Positions 48,401 through 58,796 of a DNA stretch of 64,000 bases are shown piece after piece (positions within the stretch are counted from its first letter, which is position 1; each line of letters begins with the position of its first letter). Position numbers and translations under genes: made by a program. The stretch spans positions 10,840-74,839 of the forward strand of contig CALCUH010000034.1 of the NCBI GenBank assembly GCA_937907165.1, read 5' to 3'. The notes under the pieces are model-generated. The model saw only the letters and a program-made list of their open reading frames with translations, had not been told where the DNA came from and did no database searches. Origin of the DNA: an uncultured Bacteroidales bacterium (lineage in GTDB: Bacteria; Bacteroidota; Bacteroidia; Bacteroidales; Paludibacteraceae).

Positions 48401-51400
48401 GCAGCCACATTCAAAAGACCATTACCCGGATTCATCTGGATGACAAAAGGATATTCTTCAGAGCCATACGTAGCAGACTCCGCATAATAGAGTCGGGTCA
48501 CAGACTCAATCTCACCATCATTCTCCGTCATCTTAAATCGGATAAGATCCATAGAATCCGCGACGAACGAGAAGGTGATCCTACCACTCTTATCGGTAGA
48601 ACCGGCGGTCACACATTTACCATCAACGAATGCGCCGACAGCACGGTTAGCGAGTATGGAATCGTCATCCATCACAACAGCCACAATCTTGACTCCTCGC
48701 TTGGATGCCGTCAACAATTGTTTTCCTGAAGGATCAGAGGACGTCACAGTCGTATCTTCAGGAAGAGACTCTTTAATCGGAGAATCCATATTGATTACAA
48801 ACGGATTGGACAAAGAACCGTAATTTGCATCTTCAGAGTATGCCAACTTCGTCACAGCCACACGTTCTTCACCACCCGTCATCACTTTGAATACCAAAGA
48901 GTCGGAAGATGTTTCAGCGTCACCCGCAATGGTTAAGAAAACCATTCCCTTAACGTTAGCGGAAGCGGAAGCGCGACACTCGTCACCGGAGAACACTCCC
49001 ACTTCATAACTCTTCAGAAGCGTATCCTTATCGTTCACAACCGCCACGACGGTCATATTACCCGAATAGGCATGTGCGTCAACAGTCTTAAACGCCGGAG
49101 CGGAAGGGGCAGCCTTCGGTGCGGCGAACATAGGCATTCCCTGCGCCGATTTAATTGAAACGGACGGATAAGAGAATGACCTAACACTATCCGACTGACT
49201 ATAATACATATAACCGGAACCCGGCACAAGCGAAGTGAGGGTACCTACCCATTCGTAACCTTCGTAATAAGCGAAACCGGACTGTCCTTTGATTAAATCA
49301 CCATCGACAGGATTCAGACCCGCCAACGCCTGATTCAGAGAGAGGATGGACGTGCTATTGTTTCCGATCCAGTTCCATCCCTTGGATATTATCACCTTCT
49401 CTTCAGACAAGTTTAGAGCAGCGCCCACCACACTAAGGGTAGAGGATTCCATCATATTAACTTTATACATCGAACCGACTGAAATGGTCGACAACGAACC
49501 CATGTAATCCTCACCATCGGAATAAGCGACATTCAACTGACTCTTCACCAAATTATTTTCAGGGGCAATGTCACCGAACACACCCTTCACAGAGTTATCG
49601 AAAGGTTTCACATTCAAAGAAATCCAATTCCAGCCCTTCTTTAAAGGAAGAGCCAGTTCTTGGTATGACGCCGTACTCAAAATGACAGGATCACCCATAG
49701 TACCCTTTAGCGTGTTCGCCTCAAAAACGATATCTTCCGAAGTCTCCAACGCAGAATATACGATGCCCGTGCTTGCGTCCCACGCCTTGAAGAGAATGTT
49801 CCTTTTAGAGAAATCAGAATTACCATAGATATCCATGGAGACGAAGTAAGCGTCATAACGAGGGTAATAGACAGGAGAAGCAAGTCCCACACACTTACCA
49901 TTGACAAAGGCAGCGACTAAGTCTTCCGCATTATCCACATACTTACCATCTATCTTCAATTGAGACAACAAACTCATCGAACCCTCATACAAGGAAGGAT
50001 CCACACTCCAAGCAGGCGTGTTCTTTGTCACCTTCAAAGAGAGCGTGAACGGAACGTTAAGACCTTCGTTCCCAGACAAATAGATAACTTCTTCATATTT
50101 ACCGACCGCCACAGCGTCATTTACCTTAAAAGAAATCGTCTGCGTCTTTTGGGCGTCCAAAGAACCGCTTGTCTTATCCGCAGTCAACCAAGAAGGCAAG
50201 CCACTGATTGACCACGCTTCCGTAGAAGAACCCTGGTTTGATATCGTGGCAGAGAAAGCAGCGTTTTCCTCACCATCCTTTACCAAAGAAATCGACTCGT
50301 CAGCCCAAAGCAGACGATTTTGATTAACAAACGCACTCCATGTCACAGGCAACGAGAAGTTGTTGTTCTCATCACGCACATTTTTGACAGTGAAATTAAT
50401 GGTCGTACCTTCCAACCTTTTCGCCGATTCATTCAATGTAATAGTAACCGTACGTTCGGAAGAGACAAAGCCGTAAGCGACATCGCTCATCCTCGCCTTC
50501 GGACGCAAAGCCGGAGCTGTGGCAGACTGTTCAACAGAATTAGTCGCCGCCATACCCGCCGCATTGACACTACAGTCGTTCAAATTGAACACATACGAGC
50601 CACCCGCAGCATCCGCTTTAATACCCTCGAAAGGATAGTAAGCCTGCAAGCCCGCCTCGTCACCATTCAAACGCATGTGGCTGAACTGCTCGATCGCCTT
50701 ACCGTTGAAAGTAGCCAACCAATAACGCACCTCATCGACATCGCCCTTGAAATAATCTTTAAGCTTTGTCGTATCGTTATCGATATAACGTTGCGCACCA
50801 ACCGTCAGATAAGGAGCCTGCAAAGCAGCCACCTTCGAAGAAGAAATCTGGCCAGCCGTTTCGCCGTCCACATAAACAGTAGTCATACCGTTTCGCAACA
50901 CGTTAAGAGCGATATGATGCCAAACGTTATTCAAATAATTACCAGAAGAGAGAATCTCCTCCTTGCCATCGGACAACAATGTCAAGTAACCGCCCGCATT
51001 GAATTTCAAGGCGACTTTTTGGTTGGCGCTCCACAACGTGGCATTTTTTTGAGGTTCGCCACGGAAGAACATTTCAACCATGTAATCATCGGTTGTCAAA
51101 GCATTACATCTGCTGATATCCACATTCACATAAGATTGACCAGACAACTTAGCCGCATAATTGGTGTTATTAAGATACCAACTACCTGAAGTCAGCACCA
51201 TGTTACGGCTACGAGCCACATCCTTAGCCACCTTTCCTTGGCCTTCATTGAATTTCCAATAACCGACTAGGCCATCCGTAGAAGCCGACTTTTGGAAATG
51301 CATTTGCGCTTGAGCGACGTCGTTGGGCCTATCGGTATTCCACAAAGTCATTTCACTAATAGCGCCTTTAACGCCCTTTCCAACGGAGATTTTACCAGAA

Positions 51401-54400
51401 CCTCCATACGTAGGCACTCGCTTATCGGTGAACAATTTCACCTGATTGTCATCATAAGCCACCAATGCGCTGATAAGAGAAGAATCCTTGCCAACACTAT
51501 AATTAAACGTCAGGAAGCTCCATTGATTGAAAGGAATCTGTTTTTCGGAAACGATCACTTCCCCATTAACATTGAAAGTCAACTTCCGTTCCGAATCGAC
51601 GCCCATCAAGAACGATCCATCGGAAGAAGCGTGGTTCAACAAAACACCAGCGCCAGACAGATACACCCACATATCAACAGAGAAGCTCTTATTCGCCAAG
51701 AAAATATCAGCCTCAGTCTGAGCAATGTACCCAGCAGAACTATCCAGTTTCAAAGCCACGTTATGATCCACCTCCGCATCGTTCAGAACACCTTGGACGA
51801 TGAAGTTGTCACCCTTCGAAAGCATCGATGAAGACCAATGCACGCCGCCCCACGACTCGTTGAAAGTGCGGCCACCATAAACAATGTCGAGCGTGATTTC
51901 GTCGCCCGCATTCAAAATACCATCAGAAGGGTTAGGATTACCCAACACCACAGGGCGTTCCATATCCTTCACCACCTCAACAATTTCACTCTCGTTGGTA
52001 ATCTTCGTATTGGTGCCGCTTGCGCACACACTCACGGCACGGAACTGGTAGGTCTGGTCGTTATAAAGAGAAGAAGACATCGGGAAGAAGATATGAGCCG
52101 TAGCACCATCCAAACTATCCACCAAAAGTTTTTCAACGAGATTCCAATCGTTATCACGTTCGCCCTTGTATTGAAGATTGATTTCGCCGAAATTCAGATA
52201 ATCTTTCTCGTAGTCTTTGACAACTAATTGCAAAGTATCATGAGTGGAAGTGTTCATAACCTTATTCTCTATTTGAAGGGTAAGAGGAGAACAGCTAGGC
52301 ACGAATTCAACAGAGAGATAGACTGTATCGGCAATCACCTCCCAAATATCGGTACCATCATATTGGCAGTCGGAAGCCAAAACGACAGCGATGCTATCAT
52401 ACTTCATGATATCCTGACGAGACTGCTTAATCTGCAGATTCTTGTGAGTAGTCTCCAAAGCGTTAACAAGCGTCGCTCTTGCCGTCGGGAAAGGAACGCC
52501 ATCGATAGAGAGAGCCGCACCGTCAGCGTTGCTATCATCCACCACATAGAGTCTATACCAGACATTCTCGTTCGTTTCAGACAAATTGTCCAAATTTAAC
52601 GTGAAGTTAGCGGCTGAACCGCTTGGAACGTCAATGATTTTTTGGAATTTCAAATTACCCTCCCCGACAGTGATACGAGGGACTTCAATCTGCATTGTCT
52701 TAGTCGCCAAAACATGTTCGTCAGGCTCATAAAATTTAGTTCTCTTCTCGTCCTCATAAGGGCAAGTTGTCTGGCCCGCGCGAGTGTAGAAGATTGGACC
52801 GAAACCGTCAGGAGCTTGGAACACATCAATAGACAAAGCGTCATCGTCACCATCCTCCGCCAAAGTGAAACCTACAGTCGTACAATTCTCCGTCTCGGAA
52901 GACTCCTCAAAGCTCTCCGTACCACCCTGTTTTGTTTCAGCCTCAACAGTCATACCAATTCCGCAGAAAGCGAATCCGGTCTTACCTCCGACAACGGCCA
53001 AACCTTTGGTCGTGGAAACGTCAGTTGATGAAGATGAGCCACAACGCTGAACGGATTCCTCAATGTTAGTACCCGAATCGAAAGAGAGATTCTTCACCTT
53101 CCATCCATACTTGTCCGTGTCATAGAACAACGTGAAATCACGCTTGCCAGAAGGTGTAGACAAATATTTCTCATATTCATCACGGCTAATAGAATATCCC
53201 TCTAAAATATTATTAATCATAGCATAGTTGGAACCGTAATCCGCATACTTGATGAGACCACCTTTCTTATTGAACCAGAAAGTGGAATCCAATTTCACAT
53301 AATGCTGCACATACGGATCGAACAACTCATAACGGGTATTCTCGAGCAGTTTAGCCTCTTCGAACTTCTTCACAGCCGCATTATACGCAGACTCGCTGTA
53401 TTCAAGATTCGTTTCGATCGCCTTCACCTTCGCAGCCTCGTTCAGAGCCAGTTGAACCTTCCATAAAGATATTTGAGTATTATAAAAAGCCACAGTATCC
53501 ATATAGTCCACTTCGTCCTTCGGTTTAATCATCTTGTAATATCCGGACTCCGCAAAATGTTCATCATCCGGACCGACCTTCGAAATGAACACAACCCCCT
53601 TGCTAACATTAGGGTACGAGTCATTATATTCAGCGTCACTAACTACCCGAACGACAGAGTTCCTAACATCCTCGAAATTCGGGATCAACACATTCTCAAT
53701 ATAATTTTGAGAATAATTGAAGTGGGTCGTGAATTTCTCACCTAAGCAAATCGCCTCGAACATATTAATTTCATAACCGCCCGCAGTATCCCTAACCGGG
53801 GCAACCTTACGAGCCTTACCCATGATAATATTAGTAGATGAACCCATAAAGAGGTCACCGTCCGCTCCCACATAATTGGATGCATCAGAAGTGCTAATAT
53901 TTTCCGTAGTAGTAAGCGTGTATTTATTCTCCCTCTCGTGGGAATTGTCATAGGTGATTTCCGTACCAGCGGAAACATCCGCATCCACGTTCTCTTCCGT
54001 AATCAGCGCCACACCGAATCCAGAACTAGTCGCGACATCCGTACCAAACATAAATGTGGCGGTCGCACTATATTCGGAATTGTACTCCATGGTCACCTTA
54101 GATGAGGTTGAAATGGATTGACCCTTTTCCAAATATGCGGAAGAAGAAGTTCCTGGCGGGTCACGCAACACAAACAACACCTTATCAGGACCCGTTGTAA
54201 TGAAGTTACTTCCAGTCTGTAGACCGCCAGTCACGATACCTAAGAAATTACCGTTCTCACTCCATGCGAAAGTTTGGTTATTATAGACAAAATTAATCTC
54301 CATTCCTAGCGTGTACGGACTCACGATATTCGGATAAGTTGCTTGGAACTTGTAGGTCAATTTTCCCAACGAATCAGCCACCAAAGAACTATTTCCCGTC

Positions 54401-57400
54401 TTAATGACGTCTCCATCCTTCACATCCTTACCATCCTCATCCACACCATTTTCAATAGCCACTTCGGTTGCGCCCAAACTATTGGAGACTTCCACCTCAG
54501 CTCCAGACAACGGTATTTGGGTAATCCTCACCTCGTCACTATCCTTGTTCACATAAGGCTCATACAGATACATCTCCTGTTCGTAAGACCTTCCCTGAGT
54601 AAACAATGGATACCCGAACGTATAACTGATATTGCCAGACACTGAATCGACCGTATACAAAGGAATGGTATCGGACACCCCTGTCTTGTCGTCCATATAA
54701 ATATATTTTTCATCGCCAAACGCACCATCCTTTGTACTATATGAGGTCATTTCCAACACAGGTGTGGAGTAATGGATCTGATCCAACGCATACTTGTATG
54801 TAAACGTAAGCGTATCGCCCGGTCCTTTCACCAAACTATCTGTCTGATCCCGCAGGTCTCCTGTCGCAAACAAAATGTCCTCTATATCGTCTAACGAGAA
54901 CACCACATCCTCATTATTATCGACCTTCACACTATTGACCTTATAATCAAGAGGCGGCAAAGAGACGGCGAACTCACCTGTCGCCGAATCAGTGTGGATA
55001 ACAATCTTCCGCGAATCGCTCTCACTATCAAAGAGACCTGTGGTAGCGACAGAGGCGATTGAGTCAGACGGACAAGCGAATGTCCTCATATTCAAAGAAT
55101 CCGTATTAAACTGATAACGATCACCGGATGTCAATACGATGGTTGCCTTCCCGATTGTCGCTTTACCCATTCCGAACCCGTGAGGTTTCTCGGACTCCGG
55201 CACGCCACCCGACACACGTCCGGTCAGCGTCACGAATGTGGAATCATAAAACACGATATGTTTCGACATGTCGAATGTATCCTCCAGCAAAGGATTTTCA
55301 GGCCAGCGGCCACCCGACACAAACACATGGTTATCTTTCTTCACGGTAATATGATGAGCTCCGATAGGCACACTAATGGTAAATTCGCCGTTCACATCAG
55401 AAGTGATAATCTCTCCATTTTTACTGCAAACAGTTTCATCCACATAGAAAGAGGCGCCTTCCACAGGGAAATTAGTGTTATAATAAGTGACAACACCCGT
55501 GACAGGGAAAGAAGAGACATCCTCGAAATCAACGCCCGAATGAACCAACGAGCTGGCAGAGATGAACCGGGTCGCATATTTCGGAGAAAACTTATGAACA
55601 CCCAACGATGGAGTTATCATATAAGAAGAACCCTCTCCGGAGAAAGGAATTCCATTAATCGTATAATTACCATATTCATCACAAATTCCGAACAAACCCA
55701 ACTGATCTTTTGTCGGTATAACAGAAGCTGTCGTCTCGTTATCCGACAAAATCTCACCATGGTTATTATTGGTGATTCCAGAAGTTTTGGAATAATCATA
55801 TGCGGTCACTTGTTTGTTGATACCCTCGTCCATTGGCCAATAGAGCACCAAATTGCTCTCGTTTCCAGCCAATATACGGTTGTAATTCTTCAAGATTTCC
55901 GCATTCGTCAATTCCCGACCGGAGAACAAACGCACCTCATCCAAATAACCTTGGAAGAGGCATTCCCCCTTAGGATCACCACCAATTATCAAATTGCTGA
56001 CACCGACCGAATCGATTTCCCTTATGAAGTGGGAGGCCACAGACGCCGCGCAAGTCGCGGAACTGATGTTCCCCTCTTTGTCCACACAACGGATTTGGAA
56101 AGTTTTGTTACCATCATAGGAGAACGTCAAATGAGTAAACAATCTGGAAGGAATCACCAAAGAAGAGATGGAATCCTTGACAGACGCACTGCCATTCGGC
56201 AAGACAAAGCCAAGGGAATAACCGCTCTTCCCATTAGGTCTCAAATAGAGACCGAAATTATTCGGTGAATAAATCAACATCGATTTCTTCACGGCAACGC
56301 TATCCTTCTTAATAACATCGTCAGGATTTACATATAATTGGAAACTCCATGGTTTCCCAACGAAATACTGTTTTCCGAGAGTGTCGGACAATGGCAGACT
56401 GACACCACCTTTATCATTCTTCACCCTTAACGCATAGAATTGGGCACCGACCTGATCGGTTGAATTTAGGATGGCCGACACCTTCGCGCCATTCACAGCG
56501 GTTCCCGTACCATAAGTGACACGTCCCGCAACAACCCCAGTCGCCCTACAGAATCCGTCCGTAACGGCCGATGCGGTGATATTCTCAGAATCTGTCTCGT
56601 CACAATAGACAGACGATTCGACTTTATATTGGTAATACCTACCAGGCAACGCCGTATTATCATCATAAGAATATTTGTTTTGCGTTCCGGAGACGGCATG
56701 GATTTTAGCCCACATATTATCCGAACCCAATTCACGGCGATAAAGTGTATACCCTGTTTCAGAGGTTCCGATCTGCTTGGCTTCCCACGACAATTTCACC
56801 GTTTCCGCATACATACCCTTGGAAGCATCCAGACTAACGATATGGGATGCGGAATCCAATGTTCCGGAAACAAACTCGCTTTGATATTTAACACCCTCAG
56901 AAGTGGAATCGTCTATAAAGAGCGCAGAAGTCTCGACACGGTAGGAATAAGTGGCACAAGGGCTCTCAATGTTCTTATCTTGATAAGTATAGTGCTCCAC
57001 CGTATTGTCCGTTACGGTAATACCATTCGTCTCTAATTGCACAAGAGGTTCCGTGGAGTTCGCATCACCTTTTTTCCTATATATCTGGAAATAGTGGGTC
57101 TCCTTATCCGCAAATTTCGAATTGCTCCAATTTACTTGTATATGGTCAGCGGAAGAAACAAGGCCGATTTCCAATTTGAAATTCCTTTTCATCATCGCAG
57201 TGACAGTCTTATAACGATCCGTCATCATCTTTTTCAAATCCCACCCTTCTGGCACAAAGCGAATCAAATACTCATAGTCTTTGTCATACAATAATTTTTT
57301 ATCGGCATCCGCATAATTGGCACCATTTGTCGGACCATACAAAACCGGCATTATTTCAGCGGGACCATCGCTGATTTTGTAGCGATAGAGGTACCAATTC

Positions 57401-58758
57401 CCCGTTTGTCCCTTTGATAAAGAGTCTGTCAGCCATGACAAGTTTATGCTTTTGTTCCAAATGTCAGCCGTATAATTGAAATCTGCGGCTTGAGAATATT
57501 TATAGAAGAATCCACTCACCTTCAAATTCAGATTAGAGCAATCCTTCAAATTACCCACTTGATCTTTCACCTGTGCGTTAATTGATTGGACAACCAATTC
57601 CTTTTCGTCCATATTATGGGACAAGACGCCTTTGAAATAAAGCACATTCGTTCCCGCACCTCCCATATATTGCAGACTTCCCACATTGGTTTTGAGCGTC
57701 ACATTGGCCGTGGTTGACAAATAAACAAGTTCATCGAACTTTACCGCCACCGTCAAAACGTCGCCATAAGAGTACGAATAGGTGGAATTACAGTATGCCG
57801 CTTTCGCCGTCGGAGCGACTTTATCCACATATTTCACATGAAACCAAGGAGTATTGACAAAACCGTCATCATTATTATCGCCTCCCGCATCCCATGTCGT
57901 ATAAAGTTTAGCTGTCGTAGCGGGTACAACAATATACTTATTATCAACCACCGCACCGGATTTCGAAGCTTTGGCATGTTGTGTGCCTCCCGTGCAAACG
58001 GGGAATTCCATGGGTCCGTCATCTTCAAAGCAGGCGGCGAAAAGGTTTTCGCCTAAAGAACATCCATATTTGTTGTTCCTGTTCCATGCGCTATAATAAC
58101 CCTTATCGCTTATACCCATAGAAAAACAACCATCATCCCATTCATCAAAATAGAATGTCAAGCGGAAATAATAATTCCAGTTCTGTCCCGTACTTTTGAA
58201 ATAATTCTGTTCTTCAGCATTAAAACAATCGATGGCTACTTCCTTTTTGGTAACCCAATCATCATCCAGTTCAAAGCCTTTCTTTTCCCATCCATCGGAA
58301 TCTTTATATTTAACCAAAGCCAAGTCTCGCTCTTTTCCGTTGAACGTATACGATTTCGCATTAGATAGGGAGGTTTCCACATACCTGTTCTCCGAGAAAT
58401 CGTTCCATGCCACAAAACCCACCGTTCTGTCCACATTTCCATACATATCAATCCCTGTCGGAGTTAATACCGGCACAGAAACCGTCATGGTTTTCACATC
58501 CTTCTTAAAATAGAGCTGACCCGATTCATGGGTGAAGTGGATGCCACCCACCGCCGAACCATCCATCGTTCGATAATTGACTAACGTCGCAGCCGACGCA
58601 TTATTACGGCTGACCGTATAAACTAAATTGCTGCCACTCCTTGTCACCGTGATGTCCGAAATCACGTCCGAATCCGCAGCCCATCCCCCAATCGGGACAC
58701 AGAACACTCCCACTACCGTGATGATTAAATTCCGAATTTTTCGTAAACAATGATTCAT
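48166..58758 (-). CDS. giant (3530 aa) secreted multidomain surface protein with a type-A T9SS C-terminal sorting domain
   Basis: Uninterrupted ORF with signal-like MNHCLRKIRNLIITVVGVFCVPIGGWA. It has an N-terminal Calx-beta-like segment, FN3-like repeats (WxxxYxxYR...YxYxV), CarboxypepD_reg-like segments, several LamG-like segments (LDEVRLFS, ISEMTLWN, VDEVRYW), and the C-terminal tail ...LVYPTLVETDLFV...VSDLQNGEYVLLLETSEGDFYQLFTKK. Confidence 0.9.
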   Translation of the reverse strand: MNHCLRKIRNLIITVVGVFCVPIGGWAADSDVISDITVTRSGSNLVYTVSRNNASAATLVNYRTMDGSAVGGIHFTHESGQLYFKKDVKTMTVSVPVLTPTGIDMYGNVDRTVGFVAWNDFSENRYVETSLSNAKSYTFNGKERDLALVKYKDSDGWEKKGFELDDDWVTKKEVAIDCFNAEEQNYFKSTGQNWNYYFRLTFYFDEWDDGCFSMGISDKGYYSAWNRNNKYGCSLGENLFAACFEDDGPMEFPVCTGGTQHAKASKSGAVVDNKYIVVPATTAKLYTTWDAGGDNNDDGFVNTPWFHVKYVDKVAPTAKAAYCNSTYSYSYGDVLTVAVKFDELVYLSTTANVTLKTNVGSLQYMGGAGTNVLYFKGVLSHNMDEKELVVQSINAQVKDQVGNLKDCSNLNLKVSGFFYKYSQAADFNYTADIWNKSINLSWLTDSLSKGQTGNWYLYRYKISDGPAEIMPVLYGPTNGANYADADKKLLYDKDYEYLIRFVPEGWDLKKMMTDRYKTVTAMMKRNFKLEIGLVSSADHIQVNWSNSKFADKETHYFQIYRKKGDANSTEPLVQLETNGITVTDNTVEHYTYQDKNIESPCATYSYRVETSALFIDDSTSEGVKYQSEFVSGTLDSASHIVSLDASKGMYAETVKLSWEAKQIGTSETGYTLYRRELGSDNMWAKIHAVSGTQNKYSYDDNTALPGRYYQYKVESSVYCDETDSENITASAVTDGFCRATGVVAGRVTYGTGTAVNGAKVSAILNSTDQVGAQFYALRVKNDKGGVSLPLSDTLGKQYFVGKPWSFQLYVNPDDVIKKDSVAVKKSMLIYSPNNFGLYLRPNGKSGYSLGFVLPNGSASVKDSISSLVIPSRLFTHLTFSYDGNKTFQIRCVDKEGNISSATCAASVASHFIREIDSVGVSNLIIGGDPKGECLFQGYLDEVRLFSGRELTNAEILKNYNRILAGNESNLVLYWPMDEGINKQVTAYDYSKTSGITNNNHGEILSDNETTASVIPTKDQLGLFGICDEYGNYTINGIPFSGEGSSYMITPSLGVHKFSPKYATRFISASSLVHSGVDFEDVSSFPVTGVVTYYNTNFPVEGASFYVDETVCSKNGEIITSDVNGEFTISVPIGAHHITVKKDNHVFVSGGRWPENPLLEDTFDMSKHIVFYDSTFVTLTGRVSGGVPESEKPHGFGMGKATIGKATIVLTSGDRYQFNTDSLNMRTFACPSDSIASVATTGLFDSESDSRKIVIHTDSATGEFAVSLPPLDYKVNSVKVDNNEDVVFSLDDIEDILFATGDLRDQTDSLVKGPGDTLTFTYKYALDQIHYSTPVLEMTSYSTKDGAFGDEKYIYMDDKTGVSDTIPLYTVDSVSGNISYTFGYPLFTQGRSYEQEMYLYEPYVNKDSDEVRITQIPLSGAEVEVSNSLGATEVAIENGVDEDGKDVKDGDVIKTGNSSLVADSLGKLTYKFQATYPNIVSPYTLGMEINFVYNNQTFAWSENGNFLGIVTGGLQTGSNFITTGPDKVLFVLRDPPGTSSSAYLEKGQSISTSSKVTMEYNSEYSATATFMFGTDVATSSGFGVALITEENVDADVSAGTEITYDNSHERENKYTLTTTENISTSDASNYVGADGDLFMGSSTNIIMGKARKVAPVRDTAGGYEINMFEAICLGEKFTTHFNYSQNYIENVLIPNFEDVRNSVVRVVSDAEYNDSYPNVSKGVVFISKVGPDDEHFAESGYYKMIKPKDEVDYMDTVAFYNTQISLWKVQLALNEAAKVKAIETNLEYSESAYNAAVKKFEEAKLLENTRYELFDPYVQHYVKLDSTFWFNKKGGLIKYADYGSNYAMINNILEGYSISRDEYEKYLSTPSGKRDFTLFYDTDKYGWKVKNLSFDSGTNIEESVQRCGSSSSTDVSTTKGLAVVGGKTGFAFCGIGMTVEAETKQGGTESFEESSETENCTTVGFTLAEDGDDDALSIDVFQAPDGFGPIFYTRAGQTTCPYEDEKRTKFYEPDEHVLATKTMQIEVPRITVGEGNLKFQKIIDVPSGSAANFTLNLDNLSETNENVWYRLYVVDDSNADGAALSIDGVPFPTARATLVNALETTHKNLQIKQSRQDIMKYDSIAVVLASDCQYDGTDIWEVIADTVYLSVEFVPSCSPLTLQIENKVMNTSTHDTLQLVVKDYEKDYLNFGEINLQYKGERDNDWNLVEKLLVDSLDGATAHIFFPMSSSLYNDQTYQFRAVSVCASGTNTKITNESEIVEVVKDMERPVVLGNPNPSDGILNAGDEITLDIVYGGRTFNESWGGVHWSSSMLSKGDNFIVQGVLNDAEVDHNVALKLDSSAGYIAQTEADIFLANKSFSVDMWVYLSGAGVLLNHASSDGSFLMGVDSERKLTFNVNGEVIVSEKQIPFNQWSFLTFNYSVGKDSSLISALVAYDDNQVKLFTDKRVPTYGGSGKISVGKGVKGAISEMTLWNTDRPNDVAQAQMHFQKSASTDGLVGYWKFNEGQGKVAKDVARSRNMVLTSGSWYLNNTNYAAKLSGQSYVNVDISRCNALTTDDYMVEMFFRGEPQKNATLWSANQKVALKFNAGGYLTLLSDGKEEILSSGNYLNNVWHHIALNVLRNGMTTVYVDGETAGQISSSKVAALQAPYLTVGAQRYIDNDTTKLKDYFKGDVDEVRYWLATFNGKAIEQFSHMRLNGDEAGLQAYYPFEGIKADAAGGSYVFNLNDCSVNAAGMAATNSVEQSATAPALRPKARMSDVAYGFVSSERTVTITLNESAKRLEGTTINFTVKNVRDENNNFSLPVTWSAFVNQNRLLWADESISLVKDGEENAAFSATISNQGSSTEAWSISGLPSWLTADKTSGSLDAQKTQTISFKVNDAVAVGKYEEVIYLSGNEGLNVPFTLSLKVTKNTPAWSVDPSLYEGSMSLLSQLKIDGKYVDNAEDLVAAFVNGKCVGLASPVYYPRYDAYFVSMDIYGNSDFSKRNILFKAWDASTGIVYSALETSEDIVFEANTLKGTMGDPVILSTASYQELALPLKKGWNWISLNVKPFDNSVKGVFGDIAPENNLVKSQLNVAYSDGEDYMGSLSTISVGSMYKVNMMESSTLSVVGAALNLSEEKVIISKGWNWIGNNSTSILSLNQALAGLNPVDGDLIKGQSGFAYYEGYEWVGTLTSLVPGSGYMYYSQSDSVRSFSYPSVSIKSAQGMPMFAAPKAAPSAPAFKTVDAHAYSGNMTVVAVVNDKDTLLKSYEVGVFSGDECRASASANVKGMVFLTIAGDAETSSDSLVFKVMTGGEERVAVTKLAYSEDANYGSLSNPFVINMDSPIKESLPEDTTVTSSDPSGKQLLTASKRGVKIVAVVMDDDSILANRAVGAFVDGKCVTAGSTDKSGRITFSFVADSMDLIRFKMTENDGEIESVTRLYYAESATYGSEEYPFVIQMNPGNGLLNVAANAGLLVYPTLVETDLFVKSGSMDVLGYTIWSVSGVAYKKDACRTKNVAINVSDLQNGEYVLLLETSEGDFYQLFTKK

Positions 58759-58796
58759 GCCTAACCAATTAGAATTTTTATATATTAATTTTTTTT

